Shown: positions 1 to 9,547, counted from the stretch's first letter. The stretch: DNA of 64,000 bases from Rickettsiales bacterium (GCA_021156175.1 JAJNBL010000003.1:49675-113674); one strand, 5' to 3'. Program-made: numbers and translations. The notes: generated from the sequence alone by a model not told the origin.

Positions 1-863
1 AGGATTATATTTTGCACATTATCCCCAAAACCTTCGCCGATGCGTTTACTGGGGAGGGGGATCTTTTGCAGATTTTACTGGTGGCGATATTGTTTGGCAT
101 CGCGATGACGCATGTGGGGGAGGTCGCAAAACCAGTTATCACGCTGATTGAGTCGCTATCAAAAATATTCTTCAAGATCATCTCTATGGTCATGACGTTA
201 GCGCCAATCGGTGCGGGGGCGGCAATGGCCTATACGATTGGAAAATTTGGTGCGGAATCCTTGCAGCAATTGGCGGGATTCGTGTTCCTGTTTTATGCGA
301 CATGTGCCGCTTTTGTGTTCATTGTGTTGGGAGTCCTTGCGCGGATTTGTGGCTTTAGTCTGTTCAAGTTTTTGCGCTACATCAAAACAGAATTAATCAC
401 GGTGCTTGGGACATCCTCGAGCGAATCGGTGATCGTTCAACTCATGCATAAATTGGAGAAACTCGGTTGCCATAAAACAGTGATCGGGATTGTCGTGCCG
501 GCGGGCTATTCGTTTAATCTGGATGGGACGAATATTTATTTATCGATGGCGGTGTTGTTTGTTTCGCATGCGGTCGGTATTGACTTGAGTTTACAGGAAC
601 AATTGACAATTCTGGCGGTGGCGATGTTGACCTCCAAAGGTGCATCGGGAGTGACGGGATCGGGCTTTATTACGTTGGCGGCGACGCTCGCCGTTGTGCC
701 TTCAGTGCCCGTGACGGCACTCGCGCTCATTTTAGGGATCGATCGTTTCATGAGTGAAGCGCGCGCGGTTACGAATATGATCGGCAATGGCGTTGCGGCG
801 ATTGTGATTAGTAAATGGGAGAAGGCGCTCGATGAGGAAAAGTTGCGTGCGGAGTTGGGGTAA
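1..863 (+). CDS. dctA: C4-dicarboxylate/amino-acid:cation symporter (DAACS family, DctA-like), 5' end outside window
   Basis: The frame is open from the window edge. The translation carries DctA-type blocks [42 protein letters not shown] and [21 protein letters not shown]. Confidence 0.88.
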   Translation, partial: DYILHIIPKTFADAFTGEGDLLQILLVAILFGIAMTHVGEVAKPVITLIESLSKIFFKIISMVMTLAPIGAGAAMAYTIGKFGAESLQQLAGFVFLFYATCAAFVFIVLGVLARICGFSLFKFLRYIKTELITVLGTSSSESVIVQLMHKLEKLGCHKTVIGIVVPAGYSFNLDGTNIYLSMAVLFVSHAVGIDLSLQEQLTILAVAMLTSKGASGVTGSGFITLAATLAVVPSVPVTALALILGIDRFMSEARAVTNMIGNGVAAIVISKWEKALDEEKLRAELG

Positions 864-868
864 GGGCG

Positions 869-1393
869 CTACTCCTCACTTGCATAAACTAACCTCCTTC
901 CTTCTATCCGCCTCGCGCAAGGAGTCAAGGTTGCTTTTTCTATCCTTCCTTTTCCCATAATGTGAAAGACTTGCTTTCCCTCGGTGATAAGGTAATCGGC
1001 AATGATCCGACGATGGCATCGCCACCAAACCGCTTCAGCACACATTATCGCACAAGTTTGTTTACGACCAATTTGGCGTAAACGTTTCAATCCACAGCAA
1101 AACGGTTCTGTCATCGCATAATCCGCATAGTTCCGAAAGCTTTCATTATGCCAATAGGTATTAGAAGATTCAGGATTTTTTCTTCTGAGGCCGCCTAGTT
1201 CTTGGATATGCTCATAGCCTATATCGTGTTTTGCAAGAAAGCTGGGCAGGGTATCTTGATTATATTGCGGATTGGTACGGGAGCGTGGGATATGTCGGAC
1301 ATCAATAACCATCGTAACGCTAACCGATGTGAGCAGTGCTAAAAATTCTTCTAGCGAGCGTGTGGAATGGCCGATGGTGTAAAATGTAGACAT
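869..1393 (-). CDS. DUF488 family protein
   Basis: 174-aa ORF. The N-terminus TIGHSTRSLEEF...VIDVRHIPRSRTNPQ and the C-terminal block CAEAVWWRCHRRIIADYL fit the DUF488 pattern. Confidence 0.75.
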   Translation of the reverse strand: MSTFYTIGHSTRSLEEFLALLTSVSVTMVIDVRHIPRSRTNPQYNQDTLPSFLAKHDIGYEHIQELGGLRRKNPESSNTYWHNESFRNYADYAMTEPFCCGLKRLRQIGRKQTCAIMCAEAVWWRCHRRIIADYLITEGKQVFHIMGKGRIEKATLTPCARRIEGRRLVYASEE

Positions 1394-1483
1394 ATTACGC
1401 AGCTTCGCATTGATTTCATATCGGCATCATACCATTATCTACTTTTATCATTATTATACAATGTTATAAAAGGAAATTGTGTC

Positions 1484-2014
1484 ATGAAAAATGCCCTTCT
1501 TATTGCGCTGATTGTTGCGCTCCTTCCCCTTACCGCATCGGCGAATGGGTTCACGGAGGATTGTATCCTTCATCCGAATGAGCTTGAATCCACCTTTATT
1601 ATTACCGATCCTTCGATTAAAGATTCGATCAAAGAGGTGAGTCCCGTGCGGCATGATCGCCATACTCGCCATTTGTCGCATACGATAGAATTTCCATCAG
1701 GGGAACGGGTGATTTATTTGGTTGGCGGATGTATGCATTATGGGTTCAGCTACACCTTCACCCGTGTGCCGGTGGTGTTGAAAAAAGATGAAGTATTATT
1801 TGATATTATTCGTGATGAAGCCCGGCTATTGCCGATAGGCAAAGGAAGCGAACGCGAGCGCTTAGATAAGATTATTGATACGCTCGAAGTGGCATCAGCC
1901 GATAAGCAAAATTGGATCACACCCAAGCGCCTCTATGCGGATTTTGGCGATGCGAATGTGTCGTTGGAGCTTAAGCCGGATGGGTTTGCGATCAGTTATG
2001 ATTTTCCACTGTAG
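1484..2014 (+). CDS. hypothetical exported protein
   Basis: An internal ATG at 1484 gives the signal-peptide-like start MKNALLIALIVALLPLTASA. No recognisable domain. Confidence 0.6.
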   Translation: MKNALLIALIVALLPLTASANGFTEDCILHPNELESTFIITDPSIKDSIKEVSPVRHDRHTRHLSHTIEFPSGERVIYLVGGCMHYGFSYTFTRVPVVLKKDEVLFDIIRDEARLLPIGKGSERERLDKIIDTLEVASADKQNWITPKRLYADFGDANVSLELKPDGFAISYDFPL

Positions 2015-2016
2015 CT

Positions 2017-2586
2017 TTACTCCACTAACGTAATATCATGCACATGCACATCCCTTGCGCCATGCTTGGTTAGAGTGTCTCGAGCGATTTGTTCTTTCTC
2101 AAGGTCGGGGGTTGCCACCCAGAGCAATAGCCCCCCAGCATCGAGTTGTTTTTGGAAAAAATTAGCATATTCATCTCCCAAAAGTTTCGCAAGTAGACCG
2201 CCGAGTGCAGCGCCTCCCACCCCTCCCATAATAGCCGTAGTGACAAGTGCTCCGGGCGGAGTAAATGCACCAGCCGCTAGTATTGCGGCGACAACTCCGG
2301 CATACATCGTTCCTCCTACAAGTGCGCCCTGGGCGATGCCTAACTCTTGTGGTTTTACTTTTATGGAACGGGGAGTTTCGGGGTTATCTTCCAACTCTTC
2401 GGGCTTGATATGCGGTTGGCCGAAATGTTCTTCGACAGCCCCTTCGCTTCCTAATACGCTAATGTGACGACGCTCGAACCCCTGTAATTCCAGTTCGTCG
2501 ATTGCTGCTTGCATTTCATCAAGGTTGTTAAATACGCCGACGGCTTCACGTACTTTGTTAGTTGCTTCGATGGTTTGTTCGGACAT
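2017..2586 (-). CDS. hypothetical membrane-associated protein (Gly/Ala-rich hydrophobic core, YflT/stress-protein-like termini)
   Basis: 189-aa ORF with a central GALVGGTMYAGVVAAILAAGAF...GGVGGAALGGLLA hydrophobic stretch. The antisense ORF 2066..2467 is its shadow. Confidence 0.6.
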   Translation of the reverse strand: MSEQTIEATNKVREAVGVFNNLDEMQAAIDELELQGFERRHISVLGSEGAVEEHFGQPHIKPEELEDNPETPRSIKVKPQELGIAQGALVGGTMYAGVVAAILAAGAFTPPGALVTTAIMGGVGGAALGGLLAKLLGDEYANFFQKQLDAGGLLLWVATPDLEKEQIARDTLTKHGARDVHVHDITLVE

Positions 2587-2736
2587 GCGCTTCTCATAAC
2601 ACAGTTATCTTTGTTATAAGTTTAGGCGGGGACGCGCTAAAAATGCTATATTCTTTTTAACTGACTATTTTCGTTAATGATTTCTTCATAATTGTATTTC
2701 TATAACGAAGACAGAAATTCTTCAAAGGAGGTTCAA

Positions 2737-3201
2737 ATGAAGAAATCTAGTGCGACTAAAACTAAAAAGAAAACGGTAACTAAGAAGCCGGTAACCAAAA
2801 AGCCAGCAGCTAAAAAGAAATCGGCCGTTAAGAAGCCGGTAGCCAAAAAGAAATCGTCGAAACCCGTTGCGGCGGTAATCAGTCCTGTGAAAGAGACATT
2901 GACGAAATCTGCACTTCTCAACCTCATTGCCGAAAAAAATAACATCACGCGTAAACAAGCAAGCGAAATTCTCGCTACGATCGAAGGTGTGATGTTGGGT
3001 TCTGTTCATCCACGTGGTGTTGGTGAATTCATTCTCCCAGGCCTGTTAAAAGTGACCTTACGTAAGGTGCCTGCTCGTAAAGCTGGTACGCTCATCCGCA
3101 ATCCTGCGACCGGTGAGATGATGAAAGGTAAAGCAAAGCCAGCTTCTGTCCGGGTAAAAGTTCGCCCTCTCTCGAAGTTGAGAGCTGCTGCAATTAACTA
3201 A
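2737..3201 (+). CDS. HU/IHF-family DNA-binding protein with about 50-aa Lys/Pro/Ala-rich N-terminal extension
   Basis: ATG 2737 is preceded by aaggagg. The C-terminal 95 aa fit the HU fold (ILPGLLKVTLRKVPARKAGTLIRNPATGEMM...VRVKVRPLSKL). The N-terminus is KKKTVTKKPVTKKPAAKKKSAVKKPVAKKK. Confidence 0.85.
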   Translation: MKKSSATKTKKKTVTKKPVTKKPAAKKKSAVKKPVAKKKSSKPVAAVISPVKETLTKSALLNLIAEKNNITRKQASEILATIEGVMLGSVHPRGVGEFILPGLLKVTLRKVPARKAGTLIRNPATGEMMKGKAKPASVRVKVRPLSKLRAAAIN

Positions 3202-3250
3202 AGTTTTTTTCGGCTCTGTTTTAAACGACAGAGCCGAACCTTATTCTCTG

Positions 3251-4231
3251 TTACACCCCATGATATCCCCTAAACCACTCCACAAACTTCGGTAATCCTA
3301 CATCAATTGACGTTGTGGGCTTAAAGCCTAAATCACGGGTGGTTTCAGTGATATCGGCGTAGGTTTCCTTCACATCGCCATCTTGCATGGGTTTGAGTTC
3401 AATAATCGCTTTTTTTCCAACCGCATTTTCGAGCACTTCTATAAAACGTAACAGCGGTTCGGCTTGGTGATTTCCTAGGTTATATACCTTATGCGGAACG
3501 CCGGACGCAGCTGAGGGCGCGCGTGTGCGGGTAGCCAAGACACCTTGGACGATATCATCGACATAAGTAAAATCGCGCTTCATATCGCCTTGGTTATAGA
3601 CCTGAATCGGCTTGCCATCAAAGATTGCTTTCGTGAAGCTATAGGTCGCCATATCGGGACGTCCCCACGGGCCATAGACAGTGAAGAAACGTAATCCAGT
3701 CATCGGAATGCCATAGAGATGGCTGTAACAATGCCCCATCAGCTCATCGGCTTTTTTGGTGGCGGCATAGAGGGATACAGGCGAATCAACGGGATCATTC
3801 ACGGAAAATGGCAACTTGGTGTTGCCTCCATAGACGGAACTGGAGCTCGCATAAACCAGATGTTCGAGCTTGGGTAAATGATGCCGTGCGAGTTCTAAGA
3901 TAACCATCTGGCCGATGATGTTGCTTTCGATATAGGCAAGCGGATTCTCAAGCGAATAGCGCACGCCCGGCTGTGCGGCTAGGTGAATGATGTGGGTGAT
4001 TTCCGGATGGTTGCGCGCAAGCGCTTCCATTGCGCTGCGGTCGGTGATATCGATATGGCGGAAGAGAAAATTTTTGTGGGATTCAAGCTGCGAAAGGCGC
4101 GCTTTCTTAAGTGCGACATCGTAATAGCTGTTGAGGTTATCCACGCCTACGACTTTTTCGCTTCTAGCAAGCAGCGCTTCTGCGACATGATAACCGATAA
4201 ATCCGGCAGCTCCGGTGATGAGGGTGGTCAT
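3251..4231 (-). CDS. NAD-dependent epimerase/dehydratase (UDP-glucuronate 4-epimerase-like, extended SDR)
   Basis: Start taken at ATG 4231 (MTTLITGAAGFIGYHV Rossmann motif). The catalytic motifs SSSSVYG and YAATKKADE (YxxxK) are present. The longer ORF to 4336 runs through a palindromic repeat. Confidence 0.85.
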   Translation of the reverse strand: MTTLITGAAGFIGYHVAEALLARSEKVVGVDNLNSYYDVALKKARLSQLESHKNFLFRHIDITDRSAMEALARNHPEITHIIHLAAQPGVRYSLENPLAYIESNIIGQMVILELARHHLPKLEHLVYASSSSVYGGNTKLPFSVNDPVDSPVSLYAATKKADELMGHCYSHLYGIPMTGLRFFTVYGPWGRPDMATYSFTKAIFDGKPIQVYNQGDMKRDFTYVDDIVQGVLATRTRAPSAASGVPHKVYNLGNHQAEPLLRFIEVLENAVGKKAIIELKPMQDGDVKETYADITETTRDLGFKPTTSIDVGLPKFVEWFRGYHGV

Positions 4232-4274
4232 GGGGTGTTCCTTAGTAGTTTTTAACCCTTGTACTTGTAAACGT

Positions 4275-4407
4275 AAGGTAGAGTGACTGGAAGAGGTCGC
4301 CATCGCGAGGAACGAAGCGATCCAGCCGTCCAACACATTGATAGGCTGGATTGCTTCGTCGTTTCACTTCTCGCAATGACGACCTCTTGTGGAGTTACTA
4401 CCTCTTT
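4275..4407. repeat. ORF-less copy of the GIY-YIG-associated palindromic element (MITE/REP-like hairpin)
   Basis: The left arm 4275..4326 and right arm 4345..4407 are inverted repeats separated by 18 nt. Both arms match the arms flanking the GIY-YIG ORF at 24905..25328 (aagaggtcg.catcgcgagg...cgaagc.atccag / ctggattgcttcg...tcgcaatgacgacctcttgt). Confidence 0.7.
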
Positions 4408-4477
4408 TCCTAGCTTTTATCTATAACTGAACTTATCATAACGAAGACTTCACTGCTCACAATAAAAAAGGTTTCGC

Positions 4478-5008
4478 ATGACACAACGGCATTTTCTTTC
4501 CTACCGCGGCATCACGCCACGCATCGCCTCTACTGCATTTATCGCCCCTTCCGCCGATGTAATCGGCGATGTTGAGATCGGTGAAGATTCGGGAATCTGG
4601 TTTCATTGTGTGATACGCGGAGATGTCCAGAAAATTCGAATCGGTGCGCGCACTAACATTCAAGATGGCACCGTCATTCATGTGTCGCGCAACGATGGTC
4701 CGACGCATATTGGCAATGGCGTAACGGTGGGGCATAAGGCGCTGCTGCATGCTTGTACGTTAGAGGATGATTGTTTTGTGGGGATGGGCGCGATTGTGAT
4801 GGATGGTGCAGTGGTAGAATCTGGTGCGATGGTGGCTGCGGGTGCGCTGGTTCCTCCGGGGAAACGTGTGCTTGCAGGACAAATTTGGGCGGGGAATCCT
4901 GCGAAATATTTCCGCGATTTAAAACCACAAGAAACGGCGTATATTCCGATCTCTGCGCAGAATTATGTTGATCTCGCTCGGGAGTACCAGTTAGGTAAGT
5001 CATTGTAA
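4478..5008 (+). CDS. gamma-carbonic-anhydrase-family / hexapeptide-repeat protein (YrdA/PaaY-like)
   Basis: 176 aa with left-handed beta-helix hexapeptide periodicity (IGDVEIGEDSGIWFHCVIRGD...IGARTNIQDGTVIH...IGNGVTVGHKALLHAC). The last 33 codons are duplicated at 6455..6562. Confidence 0.85.
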   Translation: MTQRHFLSYRGITPRIASTAFIAPSADVIGDVEIGEDSGIWFHCVIRGDVQKIRIGARTNIQDGTVIHVSRNDGPTHIGNGVTVGHKALLHACTLEDDCFVGMGAIVMDGAVVESGAMVAAGALVPPGKRVLAGQIWAGNPAKYFRDLKPQETAYIPISAQNYVDLAREYQLGKSL

Positions 5009-5032
5009 ATTTTTAACCAGAAGTATTGCGTA

Positions 5033-6088
5033 ATGGAACGTAAAAAACTAACTGCAAGTTTTGTAGAGAGTCTAACTCCTCCTATTCGAGGAGAAAAATG
5101 GATTTCAGACACTATTTTGCCAGGATTTGGCATCAGATTATGGGGAGGTAAGACACAGGGTAAATCCTTTGCAATACGAGTTAATATAGGAAGTAAAAAA
5201 ATTATACGTAGAACCCTTTCTCCTGCAAAAGGCGTTTTTCTCAAAAGTGCAAGAATCGAAGCCGAAAGAGAAATAAAAGACCTAAAAATGGGAATTGAAA
5301 GGTATTTGTTGAAGCAGAAAATTAAAAGTATGACTTTTGCAGAATTAGCCGAGTACGCCTTGCAGAATCAAGAAAATGCTAATAGATCAATACAATATAT
5401 CGATGATAACAGGAAGCGCTTTGACAAGTTCACTCCAATCCTATTACAACAAAAGAAAGCAATAGATGTTACGGCAAACGAAATAGAATCACTTCTAAAT
5501 GCCATTGAATATAAACCTGCCCAGCAAAAGAATCTTCGTTCCTTTATTCATTATATGTTTCTGTTAGCTGAAAATATAACGTCTGAAAGACGTTTCTCTG
5601 TTGTGCTTTACTATTTAAAGCAAATAAAAATATATACCAAAAAATATGAGGAACTTGCTTCAGCACCCGAATTAACGAAAGATGATTTCAATAAGTTATT
5701 CAATATTCTAGAGAATGAACAAGCTTATGTTCAAAAAGCAAGTTTTATTCACTTACTTTTCTTATCTGGCCTAGATCCTTGTCCTAGTAGATTACTTAGA
5801 GCAACTTGGGATGAATTTGATATACCGCAGGAAAATGATTCTGCGAGGGTGCTTTGGATGCCAAAAGGAAAAACAAAAGAGAAACTCTTACGTAGTGGTG
5901 CAACTAAATTACTGCAAAAAATAAAAAAGCGAAATGAGACCGATTTCCCAGATAGTCCCTACCTCTTTCCTTCTAGTATTGCGTGGAAAACTGGACATAT
6001 CACTAGCTATGAAAACTATTGGGGATCTATACATGCCAGAACAGGACTACCCTCAATCTCCTTATACAATTTAATTTTCCTTTATTAA
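5033..6088 (+). CDS. tyrosine-recombinase (P4-type) integrase, probably truncated/degenerate
   Basis: The N-terminus KLTASFVESLTPPIRGEKWISDTILPGFGIRLWGGKTQGKSFAIRV fits the Arm-type DNA-binding (DUF4102) pattern. The ORF stops (..LYNLIFLY*) where the HxxR...Y catalytic region would be expected. Confidence 0.55.
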   Translation: MERKKLTASFVESLTPPIRGEKWISDTILPGFGIRLWGGKTQGKSFAIRVNIGSKKIIRRTLSPAKGVFLKSARIEAEREIKDLKMGIERYLLKQKIKSMTFAELAEYALQNQENANRSIQYIDDNRKRFDKFTPILLQQKKAIDVTANEIESLLNAIEYKPAQQKNLRSFIHYMFLLAENITSERRFSVVLYYLKQIKIYTKKYEELASAPELTKDDFNKLFNILENEQAYVQKASFIHLLFLSGLDPCPSRLLRATWDEFDIPQENDSARVLWMPKGKTKEKLLRSGATKLLQKIKKRNETDFPDSPYLFPSSIAWKTGHITSYENYWGSIHARTGLPSISLYNLIFLY

Positions 6089-6454
6089 GATAGTTATAGC
6101 AATAAACGCTCCTCGGTTTAATTCAAAAATGTCCAAGGTGACGGTATTGTACCCCAAAAGAAATTTTATTCTATTGAATCTAAAAGGATAATGTGGGTAC
6201 TGTGGCAGATTTCTCAATTTTAAAAATCTGTATTCTTTTCAAAACATCGCTAATTTTAATACAGGTACTTGGCCAGGACCTTTCATAACCAACAAGGAAA
6301 ATGATTTATGAGAATAAAGATTGAGACTACTGAATGTGAAATAAGGAAAAGAAAAGCTTTTTTCTTTATATCGCGTTATTTCACCTTTTTGTCGTTATTT
6401 TAAAGGTGATTATAAACAAGAAGGGTGCTTCAAATAATAGGGGCACCCTTCCAT

Positions 6455-6562
6455 TTCCGCGACTTGAAACCTCAAGAAACGGCGTATATTCCGATCTCTG
6501 CGCAGAACTATGTGGAACTTGCGCGTGAGTATCGTTTGGCACAAAAAAATACAACCATCTAA
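6455..6562 (+). pseudogene. displaced 3' fragment of the gamma-CA-family gene (attR-side copy)
   Basis: It encodes FRDLKPQETAYIPISAQNYVELAREYRLAQKNTTI*, colinear with the tail of 4478..5008. It has no upstream start. Confidence 0.8.
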
Positions 6563-6651
6563 TTAATAAATTAGAATTGTCTCTTGTTGCCCGCTGTGTT
6601 ATAGGTAATTCCTAGGAATTATCGTAACGATGAAAGCAGCGGAGACATGTT

Positions 6652-7392
6652 ATGTCAAAAAAATCTTCAGAAGAAAAAACACAGAATACTGTATCGGAAT
6701 CAAGTTCACCAAGCGCTTCAGAAGCGAGGAAAATGTGGAAAGAAAAGGTAGCAAGTAATCCTACTATTCCCCCCATTTCTCCAAAAAAAGAAATCAAGAA
6801 AGAGAGCACAGGTTCTTCACAAGAACAATCGACCTCTTCGGAGTTGGATGATCTGAAGGCAATGTTGCCAAAAGATATAACTTTTCCATGGGAAGAACGT
6901 CCCAAATTGAAAGGGCTGGATTTAAATCCAGGAGATCTAAATACGATCAAACTTACAGAAGCGCTTGAATCGTTACTCGACGAGGACAATTTCAAAACAA
7001 AGGCACGGGAGAGGGATAAAAAACCGGCTGCAAAGCCTAGTGCAGAAGAGGTGTTTTCGACTTCTCTTCCTGAAAAAAAACCATTGCAGGAAGCTTCTGC
7101 TCGCGCCCATAGTCGTTCGGATCATCGTCGTAATCCACAAAAGGTTGATGTTGCAAAAGGGGCTGAATTTGCGGATAAGGCTCTTCCCAAGCCGACTTCT
7201 ACCCCTGAATTATTGATGCCTCCTGCAAAGAAAGAGTCCAAATTCCCGCGCTCGTTAAGTTCCAGTGATGTGACAGCGAATACTTCTTGGGTAAAAAAGA
7301 CCGCGGATTCCAAAGAACCCAGCAGAGGTGGTGGGCGCTCTAGAGGAACGTCAATTGGTCAGCAACGGCAAGTAATAGAGAAAAAAGACTAG
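6652..7392 (+). CDS. hypothetical Ser/Lys/Glu/Pro-rich (likely disordered) protein
   Basis: 246-aa ORF of low-complexity composition with no recognisable domain. Confidence 0.5.
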   Translation: MSKKSSEEKTQNTVSESSSPSASEARKMWKEKVASNPTIPPISPKKEIKKESTGSSQEQSTSSELDDLKAMLPKDITFPWEERPKLKGLDLNPGDLNTIKLTEALESLLDEDNFKTKARERDKKPAAKPSAEEVFSTSLPEKKPLQEASARAHSRSDHRRNPQKVDVAKGAEFADKALPKPTSTPELLMPPAKKESKFPRSLSSSDVTANTSWVKKTADSKEPSRGGGRSRGTSIGQQRQVIEKKD

Positions 7393-7591
7393 TTACCCCT
7401 TGCATTTACAAGGCAAATAAGGTAAAAAGACCGCTCTTCTTTCTATATATATAGTATAGGAGGGGGAAATTCGCACGCAGGTTTAAGGGGATCTCCTCCT
7501 TTTCGAGTGCTGGTTGAAGTTGCTGTTAAATAAGCGATTTTTCCGGTGACGCCTGCGAAGGTATAACCGATAAAACAAGAGAGTATTATAT

Positions 7592-8533
7592 ATGAACGCT
7601 CCGGCTAATCTTCCTGCTTTTTCTATGCGCGAACTCCTGGAATCAGGGGTGCATTTTGGTCACAAAACCGCGCGTTGGAACCCACGTATGGCGCCTTATA
7701 TCTATGGCAGCCGTAATGGTGTACATATCATTGACCTCCAACAAACCGTGCCACTTCTTCACCAAGCACTGCAAAAAGTGCATGATGTTGTTGCAAAAAA
7801 CGGCCGTGTATTGTTCGTTGGTACGAAGCGTCAGGCATCTGAAGTATTGGCTGATGAAGCAAAGCGTTGTGGTCAGTATTATGTGAATCACCGTTGGTTG
7901 GGTGGGATGCTTACCAACTGGAAAACCGTATCAGCTTCTATTCGTGTATTGAAAGACATCGAATTACAGCTGGCGGATGAGAGTCTGCGCCTGACGAAAA
8001 AAGAGAAATTGGGCTTGAGCCGTCAACATGAGAAACTTCAACGTTCTTTGGGCGGTATCCGCGAGATGGGCGGTGTTCCTGATCTTCTCGTTATTATTGA
8101 CACGAACCGCGAAAACCTTGCGATTTTGGAAGCACAGAAACTTGGTATCCCAGTGATGGCGATCCTCGATACGAACAGCGATCCTGAAGCTATCGATTAT
8201 CCAGTTCCTGGTAACGATGATGCGACTCGTGCGATTGCATTCTACTGCCGTCTTTTGGCGGATGCGGTGCTTTCTGGTATCGAAAAAGCGATGGTTTCTG
8301 GTGGTGCTGATATCGGTGCGCGCTCTGAAATCTCTGGTGAAAATCTCCGTACCGTAAAAGGTGGCGGGAAACTAGACCACGCGAAAGCGAAGAAAGGTGC
8401 TGGTGCTCCTGCGAAGAAAGCAGACGCTGCTTCTTCTGAAGAAGGTGATGCTAAGAAAAAAGCTCCAACCGTTACCAAAAAACCAGCTCCGAAAAAGCCT
8501 GCAAAAGCAAACGATGCGGGCGAAGCTGCTTAA
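7592..8533 (+). CDS. rpsB: 30S ribosomal protein S2 with Lys/Ala/Pro-rich C-terminal tail
   Basis: S2 blocks are present ([37 protein letters not shown]) and tsf lies downstream. The protein is 313 aa, versus roughly 240-260 aa as I recall for typical S2. Confidence 0.95.
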   Translation: MNAPANLPAFSMRELLESGVHFGHKTARWNPRMAPYIYGSRNGVHIIDLQQTVPLLHQALQKVHDVVAKNGRVLFVGTKRQASEVLADEAKRCGQYYVNHRWLGGMLTNWKTVSASIRVLKDIELQLADESLRLTKKEKLGLSRQHEKLQRSLGGIREMGGVPDLLVIIDTNRENLAILEAQKLGIPVMAILDTNSDPEAIDYPVPGNDDATRAIAFYCRLLADAVLSGIEKAMVSGGADIGARSEISGENLRTVKGGGKLDHAKAKKGAGAPAKKADAASSEEGDAKKKAPTVTKKPAPKKPAKANDAGEAA

Positions 8534-8545
8534 TTGATCTGAATT

Positions 8546-8585
8546 AGGTACCCTTAAGCATTAGAGCTTGGGGTACCTTTTCTTC
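8546..8585 (+). terminator. rpsB-tsf intergenic hairpin (attenuator/partial terminator candidate)
   Basis: The stem aggtaccc (8546..8553) / gggtacct (8571..8578) is followed by tttcttcc. Confidence 0.4.
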
Positions 8586-8623
8586 CAAATAGTATAACTC
8601 AATGAGAAATAAAGGGAAAACCT

Positions 8624-9547
8624 ATGGTGATTTCAACCGCACTTATTAAGGAACTTCGTGAAACCTCCGGTGCCGGCATGATGGATTGCAAAAAGGCGCT
8701 GACCGAGAATAATGGCAATATTGAAGAAGCAAAAGATTGGCTCCGAAAAAATGGTTTGGTGAAAGCAGCGAAAAAAGCTTCCCGTACCGCGGCGGAAGGC
8801 TTGGTGGCGCTTGCGACCAAAGGCACGACCGGTGTTGTGGTGGAGCTTAACTCTGAGACCGATTTCGTGGCACGTAACGACAAATTCCAAGCATGCGCGA
8901 GCACGATTGCTCAAGCAGCGCTTGCTGTGGATGGTGATGTTGAGGCTTTAAAGGCTGCGAAATTCCCCGGCAGCAGCCGAAATATTGGCGATGAAGTTTC
9001 TGAACTCGTCGGCACGATCGGTGAGAACTTGAACCTGCGCCGTTTTGGCAAGCTTTCTGTGAAACAAGGTTCGATTGTGAGCTATATCCACAATGCGATT
9101 GCTCCGAGACTTGGAAAAATCGGGGTATTGGTGGCGCTTGAGTCGTCTGCTTCTGCGGATAAACTCGAAACCATTGGTAAGCAAATTGCGATGCATATCG
9201 CGGCTGCGCGTCCTGAATCATTGAACGCAGATGAGTTGGATCCTTCGCTGGTTGAGCGTGAGCGCGTGATTTTCCGTGAGCAAGCAAAAGCCTCTGGCAA
9301 GCCAGACAACATCATCGAAAAGATGGTTGAAGGCCGTATTAGCAAATATTATGGCGAAGTAGTGCTCTTGGAGCAGGTATTCGTGATTGATGGAAAAACC
9401 AAAGTATCTGATGCCGTGAAAGAAGCGGCTAATGCTGCGGGTGCGCCAATTACGGTTACCGGTTACCTCCGTTTCGAACTGGGTGAAGGCATCCAGAAGG
9501 AAGAAACGGATTTCGCGGCGGAAGTTGCGGCAGTTGCTAACAGCTAG
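8624..9547 (+). CDS. tsf: elongation factor Ts
   Basis: The UBA-like N-terminus [20 protein letters not shown] is present, the full length is colinear with EF-Ts, and the gene follows rpsB. Confidence 0.95.
   Translation: MVISTALIKELRETSGAGMMDCKKALTENNGNIEEAKDWLRKNGLVKAAKKASRTAAEGLVALATKGTTGVVVELNSETDFVARNDKFQACASTIAQAALAVDGDVEALKAAKFPGSSRNIGDEVSELVGTIGENLNLRRFGKLSVKQGSIVSYIHNAIAPRLGKIGVLVALESSASADKLETIGKQIAMHIAAARPESLNADELDPSLVERERVIFREQAKASGKPDNIIEKMVEGRISKYYGEVVLLEQVFVIDGKTKVSDAVKEAANAAGAPITVTGYLRFELGEGIQKEETDFAAEVAAVANS

Larger units (their letters stand above)
5009..6562 (+). mobile_element. decayed integrative element inserted in the 3' end of the gamma-CA-family gene
   Basis: It is bounded by direct repeats of the gene tail (4910..5008 and 6455..6562, with an identical 35-bp core). 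An integrase ORF follows the first repeat, and the interior is AT-rich. Confidence 0.65.

Noticed and set aside
3205-3240. Hairpin cggctctgt/acagagccg between the convergent HU and epimerase genes, considered as a bidirectional terminator.
   Set aside because: The T-run lies 5' of the stem on the plus strand, and so appears as an A-run 3' of the stem on the minus strand. Neither transcript would get a hairpin followed by a U-tract. It may still be a structural element, but it is not a canonical intrinsic terminator.
4232-4336. N-terminal 35-codon extension of the epimerase ORF, and similar 5' extensions of trpE (to 27576), comEC (from 27379), rsmI (to 49915), the lpoA-like gene (from 49785), the amidotransferase gene (from 29907) and the post-trpD ORF (to 23930).
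   Set aside because: The extensions lack family similarity. They run through repeats or into neighbouring genes. In-frame ATGs further in give canonical N-termini (a Rossmann motif, signal peptides, or conserved starts).
6089-6450. AT-rich spacer after the integrase ORF, searched for the missing integrase catalytic domain or other decayed genes.
   Set aside because: No frame gave an HxxR...Y-like region or any extended ORF. It is treated as non-coding remnant DNA ending in a small hairpin (aagggtgc/gcaccctt).
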